A stretch of 60,447 nucleotides of DNA, counting the filler, from an uncultured Myxococcia bacterium (GTDB lineage: Bacteria > CAZTWC01), in the NCBI GenBank assembly GCA_964617105.1. It is 6 parts of 6 records of this genome, joined end to end, with 100 filler letters (N's around TTAATTAATTAA, not from the genome) between each part and the next. Parts side by side here need not be neighbours in the genome. Positions count along the whole stretch, not along the records: positions 40,467 to 50,413 come from CAZTWC010000124.1; 5 more parts are not named here. One strand, 5' to 3'. This document shows positions 41,030 through 50,513 of this stretch, one piece after another; within the stretch, counting starts at the first letter, position 1; the number at the start of each line of letters is the position of its first letter. The notes below the pieces were generated by a model. It saw only the letters and a program-made list of their open reading frames with translations, made no database searches and was not told where the DNA came from. Position numbers and translations under genes: made by a program.

Positions 41030-42754
41030 ATGACTATAATCTATGCAATAATACTACTAGGTGTCTTGATATTCGTTCATGAGTTGGGTCATTTTATCTT
41101 TGCCAAACTTGCGGATATTAAGGTGGATTGTTTTTCTCTGGGATTTGGTCCCAAACTGGTGGGTTTCAAACGGGGAGAAACTGAATACTGTATCTCTGCC
41201 TTTCCTCTGGGAGGGTATGTGAAGATGCTGGGCGAGGACCCTGATGAGGAGATAGATCCTAAGGACCGGGGGCGGGCTTTTACCGACAAGTCCAAGGGGT
41301 GGCGAGCCATTATTCTGGTAGCCGGCCCCATGTTCAACCTGATTTTGCCCATCATTATCTATTTTTTCTATTTTTGGGGTATTCAGCAATACCCTTCTAC
41401 GCACATCAATGTGGTGATACCGGGCAAACCGGCTTTTAAGGCTGGACTGCAGCCCGGCGATCAAATTATGGCGGTTCAGGGAAAAGAGGTGAAGCTCTGG
41501 TCTCAGTTAACCGAAGAGATCGGTAAAGCATACGACCAGGATATCAGCCTGAGAATCAAGCGTGGGGATGAAATTCTGGCCATCAAGGTGAAACCTGAAA
41601 CCATAAAAGCAAAAAATGTTTTCGGCCAGGATAAGAAATCGGGCAAAATAGGTGTTAGTCACGCCAGGTTGTCAGCCAGCATTGGAATCACCAGCCCCAA
41701 TTCCCTGGCCTTTCAGGCGGGATTGCGTACTTTTGATTTGGTTAAAGAGATAAATGGCCAGCCGGTTGAGGATTTTTTCATACTGAAGAGTTTGCTGGCC
41801 GCTAATAAAGATGACAAAATCTCTTTTAAGGTGGAAAGAGCGAGCAGTCCGCCCAAAGGCCAGATTCCCAAAAACAGCCCTCAAAACCAACAGGATATCC
41901 GTAAAAATGCGGCCAAAGTTGAGGACTCGAAATCAATAATCAGCCTGGATTTGGTTATACCGCCCGATCTATCAGCCCAGGCAGATAGGTCTCCTGATTT
42001 TGCTTCGGTTTTAGGGATAGAGAGCTCTTCGCCCTATATTTTTACTGTTCAGAAGGGCACCCTGGCTGCTCAGCAAGGATTGCTCAAAGGGGATCGGCTA
42101 ATCAGTCTAAATGGCCAGCCCATTCAATATTGGTGGACAGTAGAGGAGATTCTGGCCAAAAATGGCAACCACCAGGCGGCAATAAAATTCAGGAGAGCCG
42201 GCCAACTATTTAGCCAGCAGTTTAGCATTCTTCAAAAAGAGAAGGACGATAAATACGGACGTCGCTATCAAGAACACAATTTTGGTGCCCGGGGGAAGAT
42301 TACCTTTTTACCCGGGGAGATGATTGAGGTCAAACTCGGTCCTTTGGAGGCAGCGGCCAAGTCTTTTAACCAGGCTTTTAGGGTAATGGAAGTGATGCTC
42401 AAAGCTATATCCTTTCTGATAAGCGGTGATATCCCTTTGAAATCCCTGGGTGGTCCTATTATGATTTTTGATATCGCCGGTAAAGCGGCCAGGGAAGGGT
42501 GGAGCCAATATTTGTGGATCATGGCCCTGATAAGCATAAATTTAGGGCTTTTAAACCTCTTTCCCATCCCAGTATTAGACGGTGGGCATTTGTTGCTTCT
42601 GGGGGTTGAGGTGGTTACAAGGAAACCTCTCAGCATGAAGATCCGGCAGGTCACCAATACCATTGGCATCACTCTGCTGTTTTTGTTGATGCTGTTTGCC
42701 TTTGTCAACGATATAAAGCGATATTGGAACGATATAATTGGATATTTTCAATGA
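41030..42754 (+). CDS. rseP: RIP metalloprotease RseP with three PDZ-like domains
   Basis: HELGH, FSLGFGP, PLGGYVKM, AGPMFN, NLFPIPVLDGG. Confidence 0.95.
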   Translation: MTIIYAIILLGVLIFVHELGHFIFAKLADIKVDCFSLGFGPKLVGFKRGETEYCISAFPLGGYVKMLGEDPDEEIDPKDRGRAFTDKSKGWRAIILVAGPMFNLILPIIIYFFYFWGIQQYPSTHINVVIPGKPAFKAGLQPGDQIMAVQGKEVKLWSQLTEEIGKAYDQDISLRIKRGDEILAIKVKPETIKAKNVFGQDKKSGKIGVSHARLSASIGITSPNSLAFQAGLRTFDLVKEINGQPVEDFFILKSLLAANKDDKISFKVERASSPPKGQIPKNSPQNQQDIRKNAAKVEDSKSIISLDLVIPPDLSAQADRSPDFASVLGIESSSPYIFTVQKGTLAAQQGLLKGDRLISLNGQPIQYWWTVEEILAKNGNHQAAIKFRRAGQLFSQQFSILQKEKDDKYGRRYQEHNFGARGKITFLPGEMIEVKLGPLEAAAKSFNQAFRVMEVMLKAISFLISGDIPLKSLGGPIMIFDIAGKAAREGWSQYLWIMALISINLGLLNLFPIPVLDGGHLLLLGVEVVTRKPLSMKIRQVTNTIGITLLFLLMLFAFVNDIKRYWNDIIGYFQ

Positions 42755-43491
42755 ACGTACTGGCCTTTGACACCTCCACTCCCTTTGCCACTTATGCTCT
42801 TTCCCGGGACAGACAGATGCTGGCCACCCACATCTCTCAACCGGGCCGCAATCACTCCAGCCGAATTGTAGAGACTATCGGCCAGATGTTGCAAAAAAGT
42901 GGTATGGAACTAAAGGATATTGACCTGGTGGTATCGGGTGGGGGACCTGGGGCTTTTACCGGATTACGGGTGGGGTTGGCGGCGGCCAAGGCGTTGGCCT
43001 ATGGGCTGGGGGTGAAATTTAAGGGGATCTCCTCTTTAGCTGCCTGTGCCATGAATGCGCCTGCGAGTATAACTACTGAACCAAAAGAGAGCAGCGCCTT
43101 TTTGGTTTGTCCACTTTTAGACGCCAGGAAAAAGCAGGTTTATACTGCTCTTTATAAAAAAAACAATGATGATTTAACTCAGGTGACCGGGGAGATGGCC
43201 ATGGCGCCTGAAAAATTGCTCAGCCAATTGACAGGTCTTATGCAACCGGTTTATTGTCTGGGCACCGGTCTTACCGAATATTTGCCCCGGTTTGAGGAGT
43301 TAAAGGGAAGAAGCAATATTCTTTTTGACCTGGATTTACCCCAAATTCCCAGGGCGGAAAAGATGATTCTTTTGGCTCTGGCAGATGTTGATAATGACCG
43401 ATTTGATGACCCCAAAACGTTTAATCCGCGCTATTTGCGAAAATCGGATGCGGAACTGAACCTCCTTAATGTTCAAAATCATGGAGATTAA
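42751..43491 (+). CDS. tsaB: tRNA threonylcarbamoyladenosine biosynthesis protein TsaB
   Basis: MNVLAFDTST, HS, GPGAFTGLRVG, DARKKQVY, P.YLR. Confidence 0.93.
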   Translation: MNVLAFDTSTPFATYALSRDRQMLATHISQPGRNHSSRIVETIGQMLQKSGMELKDIDLVVSGGGPGAFTGLRVGLAAAKALAYGLGVKFKGISSLAACAMNAPASITTEPKESSAFLVCPLLDARKKQVYTALYKKNNDDLTQVTGEMAMAPEKLLSQLTGLMQPVYCLGTGLTEYLPRFEELKGRSNILFDLDLPQIPRAEKMILLALADVDNDRFDDPKTFNPRYLRKSDAELNLLNVQNHGD

Positions 43492-43493
43492 TA

Positions 43494-43985
43494 ATGATCG
43501 ACTTGCGGGTAATTAAAATTATAATTTTGTGTTTTTTGTGGACCGCCGTTGCTATTATAGGCGGGTGCGCTACCAGCAGCAATATGCTCTATATCAACCA
43601 GACCTACCGGGCTCAACAGATAGTGCCGCTTTCTGATGAAACTGTAATAGCCTTAAACAGCGGCGAAACTATAGACCTAAAAAAGATTGCCCGCCAGGAA
43701 GAGAAGATGCCGGCCCGGGTGCGGGTGATAAAGGTGCACGGCACTTTTTTAGTAACTGGTGACGGCATGGCCAAAATCTGGAAAATTGTTCCGGAAGAGG
43801 AAGATAAGGCAAAATTTAGCAAATTATCTTTGCTTTCAGCTGATGTTCTATTCAGCCGCCCCAAGTTCAAGGGGAGTTTTAACAGCAATTGTGTAAAGTT
43901 TTATTGGCAAGAGCGGGGCCAGAGGCGGATGGTATTTATCGATAGTCAGGGTAATTGGGATCAAGATAAGTGTCCGGCCGATTAA
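43494..43985 (+). CDS. Hypothetical lipoprotein
   Basis: Hydrophobic N-terminus ending in IGGC. Confidence 0.55.
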   Translation: MIDLRVIKIIILCFLWTAVAIIGGCATSSNMLYINQTYRAQQIVPLSDETVIALNSGETIDLKKIARQEEKMPARVRVIKVHGTFLVTGDGMAKIWKIVPEEEDKAKFSKLSLLSADVLFSRPKFKGSFNSNCVKFYWQERGQRRMVFIDSQGNWDQDKCPAD

Positions 43986-44108
43986 AAAATCCGGATGCAT
44001 CTCCGCCAGCGTTGTTGCCGGCTTAAAAATTATCCTCGACGTATTACTTATACGACTGCGGTAATTTTTAAGCCGGCGCCTAGCTGGCGAAGCGCCTCCG
44101 GATTTTTT
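43984..44108. repeat. 125-bp imperfect palindrome (REP-like), with a partial second copy at 44124-44199
   Basis: AAAAAATCCGGA/TCCGGATTTTTT, CGCCAGC/GCTGGCG and perfect GCCGGCTTAAAAATTA/TAATTTTTAAGCCGGC arms. Confidence 0.85.
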
Positions 44109-44226
44109 GTTTAATTAGGTAATGGATGCATTTCCGCCAGCGGACGCTGAAAGTGATCCCTTTAGGGATGTTGCAGAACCTAAAATCATCCTCGACGTAG
44201 AAGAACATGAGTTTATTGGATTTATT

Positions 44227-45633
44227 ATGAAATATCTTATCAGCTATTCTGTTTTTGTTATTATCTTTATCACCTCGATTCTGCCGGTTCAGGGTCAAAT
44301 ACAACAAGTGATGGACCTGGATGACATGCTGGATCAAGCCAACCTGATGGAGAATGCCGGGGATTGCCAGGGGGCTTATGAAAAGTATGATGAGATGCAG
44401 TTATACCTAGAAACTGAAACTATTGCTGACAAGCGGGCTCGAAGTAACTTAAAGGCCATCATCACCAACAAGTTTAACAGCCTGCAGGAGTGTTACAACG
44501 CCTGTAGTCCTGACGAGGAGGAGCGGCTGATGTTCGAGAAGGCCAGCCAATACTACGAGCAGGGCCAAGATAGGCGGGCAGTGGTTATTGTCAAGCGGCT
44601 GCTAACCGGCAAGGATACCCGCTGCCGGTTTTATCAGGAAGTAAAGGGGTTTTTGGGCCAGATAGCCCCCGAAGAGGTAGACCAGATACCGGCTGATTTG
44701 GATCCCTGCCTGGGTGCTGATGACGCAGAACAGGAGATAACTGAGTTGGAAAAGCAGCTGGCCAAGGTGAAAAAGGTGGCGGCTCGGGGTAAGAAGCGGA
44801 GCAAATCTGGCCAATACCGGCAGATCCACCGGCTGTTGAGAAGTTTTTGGCAATTGGAAAATCTGCAGGAAAAAATATTTGCTCTCCGGGAGCAGTTTTT
44901 AGACTGTGATAAAGTTTATAACCGCCTAAAGAGCGATTCTGGTACTATCAAAATAGTTAACCAAAATTTAGGGAAGATGATCGTCTCGGCTTACAAATAT
45001 CGGGTGTCTGGATTGAAAGCCCGCCTGTCTAAATTGTCCGACTCCATGAAGAAAAAAGATGGACAGATAGATAACCAGCAAAAACAGTTATCAGTTCTGC
45101 ACAATCAATTGAAAAATATGCAGACTTTCAGCGAAGAGGTTTTAAGTGATCTTCTGGCTTTGGCTGATATAAACAGCATAAAAATGACTACCAATGTGGA
45201 GGGTGAGGAGGTGGAATTGCCCACCTCAATGTTGGAGAAAGTGGTGAGTGACCAGGGACAGGTTTTGAATATCCTTTCGAGCAAGTTTCCAGAATATTTT
45301 AAAGATGGCGTTAATCGAGAAGGACTCAAGCGGCATCGCCTGGTTCTCTCCAGGATGGCGGAACTGATGGAACGTTTTGGCGAGAGAGAGCCCAGCCAGA
45401 CCATGGAGTTGAATAAAACCCGCCAACAGGTTTCTGCTACCATCGCCATGGTAGATAACTTGTTGACCCAATATAAGACCGAAGATAGCGGTAAAATCGG
45501 CCAAACTAGTGATATATCCTCTTCAACCAGCATTTTGATTTGGTCTTTGGCGGCATTGCTGTTGTTTCTGGTGGTGATTGTCGCCTTTTATTATCAACAT
45601 AAAAAGCGGCAAAAGATCAGTAAATGGAAGTAA
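44227..45633 (+). CDS. Hypothetical exported helical/coiled-coil protein with a C-terminal TM anchor
   Basis: Signal-like MKYLISYSVFVII...; TPR-like and coiled-coil segments; C-terminal hydrophobic helix plus KKRQK. Confidence 0.6.
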   Translation: MKYLISYSVFVIIFITSILPVQGQIQQVMDLDDMLDQANLMENAGDCQGAYEKYDEMQLYLETETIADKRARSNLKAIITNKFNSLQECYNACSPDEEERLMFEKASQYYEQGQDRRAVVIVKRLLTGKDTRCRFYQEVKGFLGQIAPEEVDQIPADLDPCLGADDAEQEITELEKQLAKVKKVAARGKKRSKSGQYRQIHRLLRSFWQLENLQEKIFALREQFLDCDKVYNRLKSDSGTIKIVNQNLGKMIVSAYKYRVSGLKARLSKLSDSMKKKDGQIDNQQKQLSVLHNQLKNMQTFSEEVLSDLLALADINSIKMTTNVEGEEVELPTSMLEKVVSDQGQVLNILSSKFPEYFKDGVNREGLKRHRLVLSRMAELMERFGEREPSQTMELNKTRQQVSATIAMVDNLLTQYKTEDSGKIGQTSDISSSTSILIWSLAALLLFLVVIVAFYYQHKKRQKISKWK

Positions 45634-46790
45634 AGTCTTATCCCATCCAATTGAATTGCAAGGGGATTCCCTTTGATATGGGGGAGTGCCAGGGCCGGGA
45701 GTTGAAAAAGATCTTAGAAAAGGTCTTTCTGCCGGTCTTAAAGCAGAACTGTAACCGTTATCTTGGGTTGCCGGAATGGGTACCCACCCGGATAACAGTC
45801 AAACTTTTAAAGCGTTTTTCTGTAGAGATGCTTCGCGATATCGTGTTGAAGGATATGCCTGCCCAGGCTATGCGCATAAAAGGTTTATCCCATGGCTCCG
45901 GCATTGGGGAGAGAGATTTTTACCTGGCCATGGTTTTGGATATTCTTCTCCTTCAGGTGTTATTTTCTCCAGGAGCCAGCGGTTGCACCACCGCCCTGGT
46001 GCTGCCCGAGAGAAATCGGGAGAGAAAAACTGTTTTACTTAATAATTTTGATTACTTTTTGACTAGCCAGGAGATGAACCTGGTTCGCCATAGCATACCC
46101 ACTGTAGGATTTAGCAGTTGGGAGGTTTTACAGGCGCCTATGGCTGGCTGCCATTTTGGGGTTAACCAGCAGGGTTTGGCTATCTCCTGCAACAGTTGTT
46201 TTTCTGCGAAAAAATTAAAGATGTCCCTTCCGGCTAGCCTGCTTATGCAGCATGCTTTACAGAATTGCGTTACCACTGGGGAAGTGGTGGAACTCTTTAA
46301 AAAGATTGATAACTGCAGTCCGGCGATTTTGACCATGGTGGATAAACAGGGTCATGCCTGTTGCCTGGAGAAATCTCAAAGCCTTCAGGCTGTACGTTTT
46401 CCCAAAGATGGTTTGTTGGTAAGCACCAACCATTTTCTCTGTCCTGAGATGATGGAAGTGGATATACCTCACGATGCCCGATTCTCTTTCTTTTCCACTA
46501 TTCAAAGGGGAGAAAGGTTACACCTATCTTCAGAAATGCGCCACTCCAGGCTGCGGGAGTTAATTTGCACCTGCACCGAGATAGAAAAAGAGATATCCAT
46601 AAGCCTTCTACTTGATTTTTTTAAAGATCACGGGGGGCAACTCCACGGAAACGACAATACCATCTGCCGGCATGGGCCTATATTTTCCACCATAACTTCT
46701 ATGGCAGTGGTATTGGAAGATATGAAAATAATGGTCACCGGATGCGCGCCCTGTGAGGGGGAATACACCATCCTGCCGATTATGGATTGA
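45624..46790 (+). CDS. C45-family Ntn-hydrolase (acyl-CoA:6-APA acyltransferase-like)
   Basis: GASG-CTT nucleophile site, NFDY, GVNQQGLAI..N, TNHF, TICRHG. Confidence 0.82.
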   Translation: MEVKSYPIQLNCKGIPFDMGECQGRELKKILEKVFLPVLKQNCNRYLGLPEWVPTRITVKLLKRFSVEMLRDIVLKDMPAQAMRIKGLSHGSGIGERDFYLAMVLDILLLQVLFSPGASGCTTALVLPERNRERKTVLLNNFDYFLTSQEMNLVRHSIPTVGFSSWEVLQAPMAGCHFGVNQQGLAISCNSCFSAKKLKMSLPASLLMQHALQNCVTTGEVVELFKKIDNCSPAILTMVDKQGHACCLEKSQSLQAVRFPKDGLLVSTNHFLCPEMMEVDIPHDARFSFFSTIQRGERLHLSSEMRHSRLRELICTCTEIEKEISISLLLDFFKDHGGQLHGNDNTICRHGPIFSTITSMAVVLEDMKIMVTGCAPCEGEYTILPIMD

Positions 46791-46835
46791 CAAAAACTAT
46801 CGATAGTGCTATTGTAATACGTATAGCATATCGAT
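46787..46835 (+). promoter_or_regulatory. vapBC promoter with overlapping operator palindrome
   Basis: TTGACA 46787-46792, 17 nt spacer, TATTGT 46810-46815; inverted repeat ATCGATAGTGCTAT...ATAGCATATCGAT (46799-46835). Confidence 0.72.
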
Positions 46836-46846
46836 GGAGGAGGGCC

Positions 46847-47053
46847 ATGAATACCGTTACTGTATCGCCAAAATATCAAATAGTCATTCCCAAACAAATC
46901 AGGGAATCTATGGGAATAATCTCCGGACAGAAAATTAAAATGCTAGTCTACCGTAATCGCATTGAACTGATTCCGATAAAATCTCTTGAAAAAATGAAAG
47001 GATTTTTAAAAGGTATCAATACAGAAGTAACCAGAGAAAAAGATAGATTATGA
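46847..47053 (+). CDS. vapB: AbrB/MazE-type antitoxin
   Basis: MNTVTVSPKYQIVIPKQIRE; SD GGAGG; overlaps the toxin start. Confidence 0.85.
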   Translation: MNTVTVSPKYQIVIPKQIRESMGIISGQKIKMLVYRNRIELIPIKSLEKMKGFLKGINTEVTREKDRL

Positions 47054-47421
47054 ATATTGTCGATTCGTCTGCCTGGCTTTCCTATTTTGCCGGAGATGGT
47101 AATGCGGAAATATTTTCTGAACCGATAACCAAAATTGATCAATTATTGGTGCCAAGCATTACTTTGACAGAAGTTTTTAAATGTATTTTGCGTCAACGAA
47201 ATGAAAATCTGGCCCTGGAAGCAATTGCCCATATGGAACAGGGGCAAGTGATTGAACTGGACAGCAGATTGTCCATCGATGCTGCTTACTATGGCGTTAA
47301 CTATAAGTTGCCTTTGGCGGACAGCATTATATATGCCACTGCTATTATGTATAATGCGACCATCTGGACCCAAGACGTCGATTTCAAATCATTTGACAAT
47401 GTCAGATATTTTAGCCGGTGA
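47050..47421 (+). CDS. vapC: PIN-domain toxin
   Basis: MNIVDSSAWL, EV, LPLADSIIYATA, TQD.DF. Confidence 0.9.
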   Translation: MNIVDSSAWLSYFAGDGNAEIFSEPITKIDQLLVPSITLTEVFKCILRQRNENLALEAIAHMEQGQVIELDSRLSIDAAYYGVNYKLPLADSIIYATAIMYNATIWTQDVDFKSFDNVRYFSR

Positions 47422-48399
47422 TTATTGTAACAGCATCTCGGCGCTTCGCTGAAAAACCTGCTCTTCAACCCCCATGGCTTTTTTTATCGCCACATCCCGA
47501 TCAAAATAATTGGTTATTTTTCTTAATTTTATAATCTCTTTTAGCGGCAGCCGCGCCAAACAGGCTTCGGCAAAAACCGGCACCGGAAAATCTGATCCAT
47601 AGATCAGGCGGTTAGCGATTTTTGAGTTAACTAGTTTTTTCAAGTACAAGGTCCTGGAGAGGGAGTTAAAGGCGGAGATATCACCGTACAGATTTGGATA
47701 AGCGGCCAGCATCTTTACAAAAAACGGAAAATACTCTTTAAGGTGTCCAAAGCCCGAAGTGCCGCAATGAGCGGCAATTACCGTAACTCCTTCATCTAGC
47801 GCCCTTCGGAGCCGGGCCGGGTCACCATATTTTTGGTTAATTGGACATATAGAATGTTCAAAGCCGGTATGGCTCAACAGGGGCAAGTTTAGTTTTGCCA
47901 TTTGGCGAAAGAAGGGGCTAAATTGTTTTTTTGAGAGGTCGATATCCATGGAATTGGGCAACAATTTTACCAGCAAGGCTCCTTTCTCTGCCGCGGTTTC
48001 CAACTCCGGTTGCCAATCGCGCCGGGCCGGATTGATGGATGGCCCCGGATAGAGACCAGGATGGCGGTTGCAGACTTTATAGAGGTATTGATTGGATACA
48101 TAGAGATCGGTGCGCTGCCAATCTATCTTGCCATTGATATCATAGACGCCATCCATGGCCAGCAATACTCCGCCATCTAAATTCTGGCTGGAGTCTATAA
48201 GCTCCACAAGTTTATCGGCAAAAAGAGTATCCAGGGTAAGGTCATCACCCTGGTTGTCTATCTCCTGAATACCCTTTATTCCCAAGTAAAGGGGGGCAAA
48301 CTTAAACAGCAGGCTTTTTTTTAGACGGTCGGACACATAGCATTGGTGAGTGCGGTTATTGGTGCCCACCAGGTGAATATGACAGTCCAGGTATCCCAT
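47422..48399 (-). CDS. Amidohydrolase-family protein
   Basis: DCHIH, LLSHTG.E, IAAHCG, YGDIS, YGSDFP. Confidence 0.87.
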   Translation of the reverse strand: MGYLDCHIHLVGTNNRTHQCYVSDRLKKSLLFKFAPLYLGIKGIQEIDNQGDDLTLDTLFADKLVELIDSSQNLDGGVLLAMDGVYDINGKIDWQRTDLYVSNQYLYKVCNRHPGLYPGPSINPARRDWQPELETAAEKGALLVKLLPNSMDIDLSKKQFSPFFRQMAKLNLPLLSHTGFEHSICPINQKYGDPARLRRALDEGVTVIAAHCGTSGFGHLKEYFPFFVKMLAAYPNLYGDISAFNSLSRTLYLKKLVNSKIANRLIYGSDFPVPVFAEACLARLPLKEIIKLRKITNYFDRDVAIKKAMGVEEQVFQRSAEMLLQ

Positions 48400-48404
48400 A
48401 AAAA

Positions 48405-49826
48405 CTAATCCAACAAACCGTACTTACGGGCTTTTTCCCGAAGAGTAGTGCGGCCTATTTTGGCCAATTTGGAGGCTGCCAAAAGGTTGTTGTTGGTTTT
48501 GAGTAGCAGTTTTTTCAAGTATTCCTGCTCAAAGTTGTCCCGGGCTTGGAAAAAGGGGATGGAGATATCGGTGTCCAAAGCCAGTTTTTTATGGTTTTTG
48601 GCTTTTTGACCGGAGTTGATAATTTTTGAAACCGAAGGCAGAAAGGGCATATCCTGGAGTTTCAAGACCGGAGGCCGGCCAAAGATTATCCCTTTTTCAA
48701 TATTGTTTTCCAACTCTCTAATATTGCCGGGCCAATGATAGTTGCATAGAGATTCGTTTAGAGCAGGTTCAATGGTATTAAAGTATTTACGATGGATTCG
48801 GGAATATTTGTAGAGAAAAAAGGAGGCCAGGCGGGGGATCTCCTCTGTTCTTTCCCTGAGGGCCGGTATCTGCAGAAGGACAACATTCAACCGGAAATAG
48901 AGATCCTCGCGGAACTTATTTTTTTTCACCTCCTCTTCCAGGATTCGGTTGGTGGCAGCCACCACCCTGGTATTCACCTTGATACTGGCATTGCCTCCAA
49001 CTTTTCTGACCTCCCCCTCCTGTAAAACCCGCAGCAATTTAGCCTGCATAAAAAAGGAAGTTTCGCCTATTTCATCTAAAAAAAGGCTCCCATTTTTTGC
49101 CACCTGAAAGAGGCCATCCCTGGCCTTTTTGGCATCGGTGAAAGCACCTTTTTCATATCCAAAAAGTTCACTTTCCAGCAAGTTATCGGGCAAAGCAGCA
49201 CAGTTTAAAGGGATAAATACCTCCTGCTTCCGGTCGCTGAGGAAGTGGATGGCTTTGGCCACTATCTCTTTACCAGTGCCGGTTTCTCCCTGGATTAAAA
49301 CCCTGGTCGGGAGTTTAGCTACCATTTTGATTTTGTGGATAATATCCTCCATGGAGCGGCAGGTACCCAAAATATCTGACAAATCCAACTCTTCGAAAAC
49401 CTGGGCTGGCTGGCTATCCAGTTTCATCAACTTGGAAAAAATATCTTCTTCAGCCGACAGTTCGCAGTATTGGGCCAGGTTTTTCTTTACTACTTCAGTA
49501 AAATGGTCTATCTCAAAGGGCTTGGTCAGGTAATCATCGGCCCCGGCTTTCATTAGTTTTACAGCGGTAATATCGTCCGTACCAGTGGTTAGGATTATTA
49601 CCAGGCTGCTGGGATGAAAATTCTTGATAAACTTTAATAGTTCAAAGACATTAATAGACTCAACCTTGTGGTCCAACAGTACCAAATGGGGAGAGTATTT
49701 TTCGAACATGGAGATGGCTTCAACCCCATTGAATGCCCAAAATATCTCATAATTTTCAAGTCCCAGCAAATGGTCGGTCAACTCGATTTGATCTATACTT
49801 TTATCAACAATCAGTATGCGATGCAT
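48405..49826 (-). CDS. Sigma-54-dependent response regulator
   Basis: Receiver, GETGTGKE, GAFTDA, WPGNIRELEN, Fis HTH. Confidence 0.93.
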   Translation of the reverse strand: MHRILIVDKSIDQIELTDHLLGLENYEIFWAFNGVEAISMFEKYSPHLVLLDHKVESINVFELLKFIKNFHPSSLVIILTTGTDDITAVKLMKAGADDYLTKPFEIDHFTEVVKKNLAQYCELSAEEDIFSKLMKLDSQPAQVFEELDLSDILGTCRSMEDIIHKIKMVAKLPTRVLIQGETGTGKEIVAKAIHFLSDRKQEVFIPLNCAALPDNLLESELFGYEKGAFTDAKKARDGLFQVAKNGSLFLDEIGETSFFMQAKLLRVLQEGEVRKVGGNASIKVNTRVVAATNRILEEEVKKNKFREDLYFRLNVVLLQIPALRERTEEIPRLASFFLYKYSRIHRKYFNTIEPALNESLCNYHWPGNIRELENNIEKGIIFGRPPVLKLQDMPFLPSVSKIINSGQKAKNHKKLALDTDISIPFFQARDNFEQEYLKKLLLKTNNNLLAASKLAKIGRTTLREKARKYGLLD

Positions 49827-49874
49827 CTTTTTTCCATTTTTAGTTTCGTGCCTAATTCGTTTCCGTCCGGGAAT

Positions 49875-50413
49875 TCACTTCGTAGCAGAAGGGGGGTTTC
49901 GGACAGGAACTAATTCATCTACAAAGAGCAGTGCCGCTCCTCTGGGGATCGCCATTACACATCTCTGACAGCATAGATGAATAGCCAGCACCAATCATAT
50001 CTCTTACTCTGGATTCTATGTTGACTCCGCCGACATAGGCTTCCAGGCAACCTCGGCGTTGGCATCCGCATGGCCGGCCCTGGGGTTTGACCATAATATG
50101 TCCCAATTCACCGGCCAGTTGGTTATGGCCGCTGTAACATTGGCCATTGATTATCAAGCCGGAACCAACCCCTGAACCCCAAAATACTGCCAGCATATCT
50201 TGGTAGCCTTTCCCCTTTCCCCATTTGAATTCACCAAAGGTGATAGCATTGAGGTCATTATAAAGATTAATCTTAAGGGGAATTTGTTTTTGCAGCAGGG
50301 CTAAAAAATCTACATCTTGCCAACCCATATTGGGGGCCACATGGATTATTTTTTCCGGACCTTTCAATTGAGCGGCTATCCCCAGCCCCAATCCCACGAT
50401 GTTTTCCGGTTTT
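49875..50413 (-). pseudogene. ROK-family sugar kinase (glucokinase-like), 5'-truncated by the contig edge and with an internal deletion/frameshift
   Basis: NDLNA..FGE, GSGVGSG, AGELGH, CGCQRRGCLEAY; frame ends after GDPQR while the terminal GAALL motif follows at once in another frame (49940-49875). Confidence 0.75.
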
Positions 50414-50513
50414 NNNNNNNNNNNNNNNNNNNNNNNNNNNNNNNNNNNNNNNNNNNNTTAATTAATTAANNNNNNNNNNNNNNNNNNNNNNNNNNNNNNN
50501 NNNNNNNNNNNNN

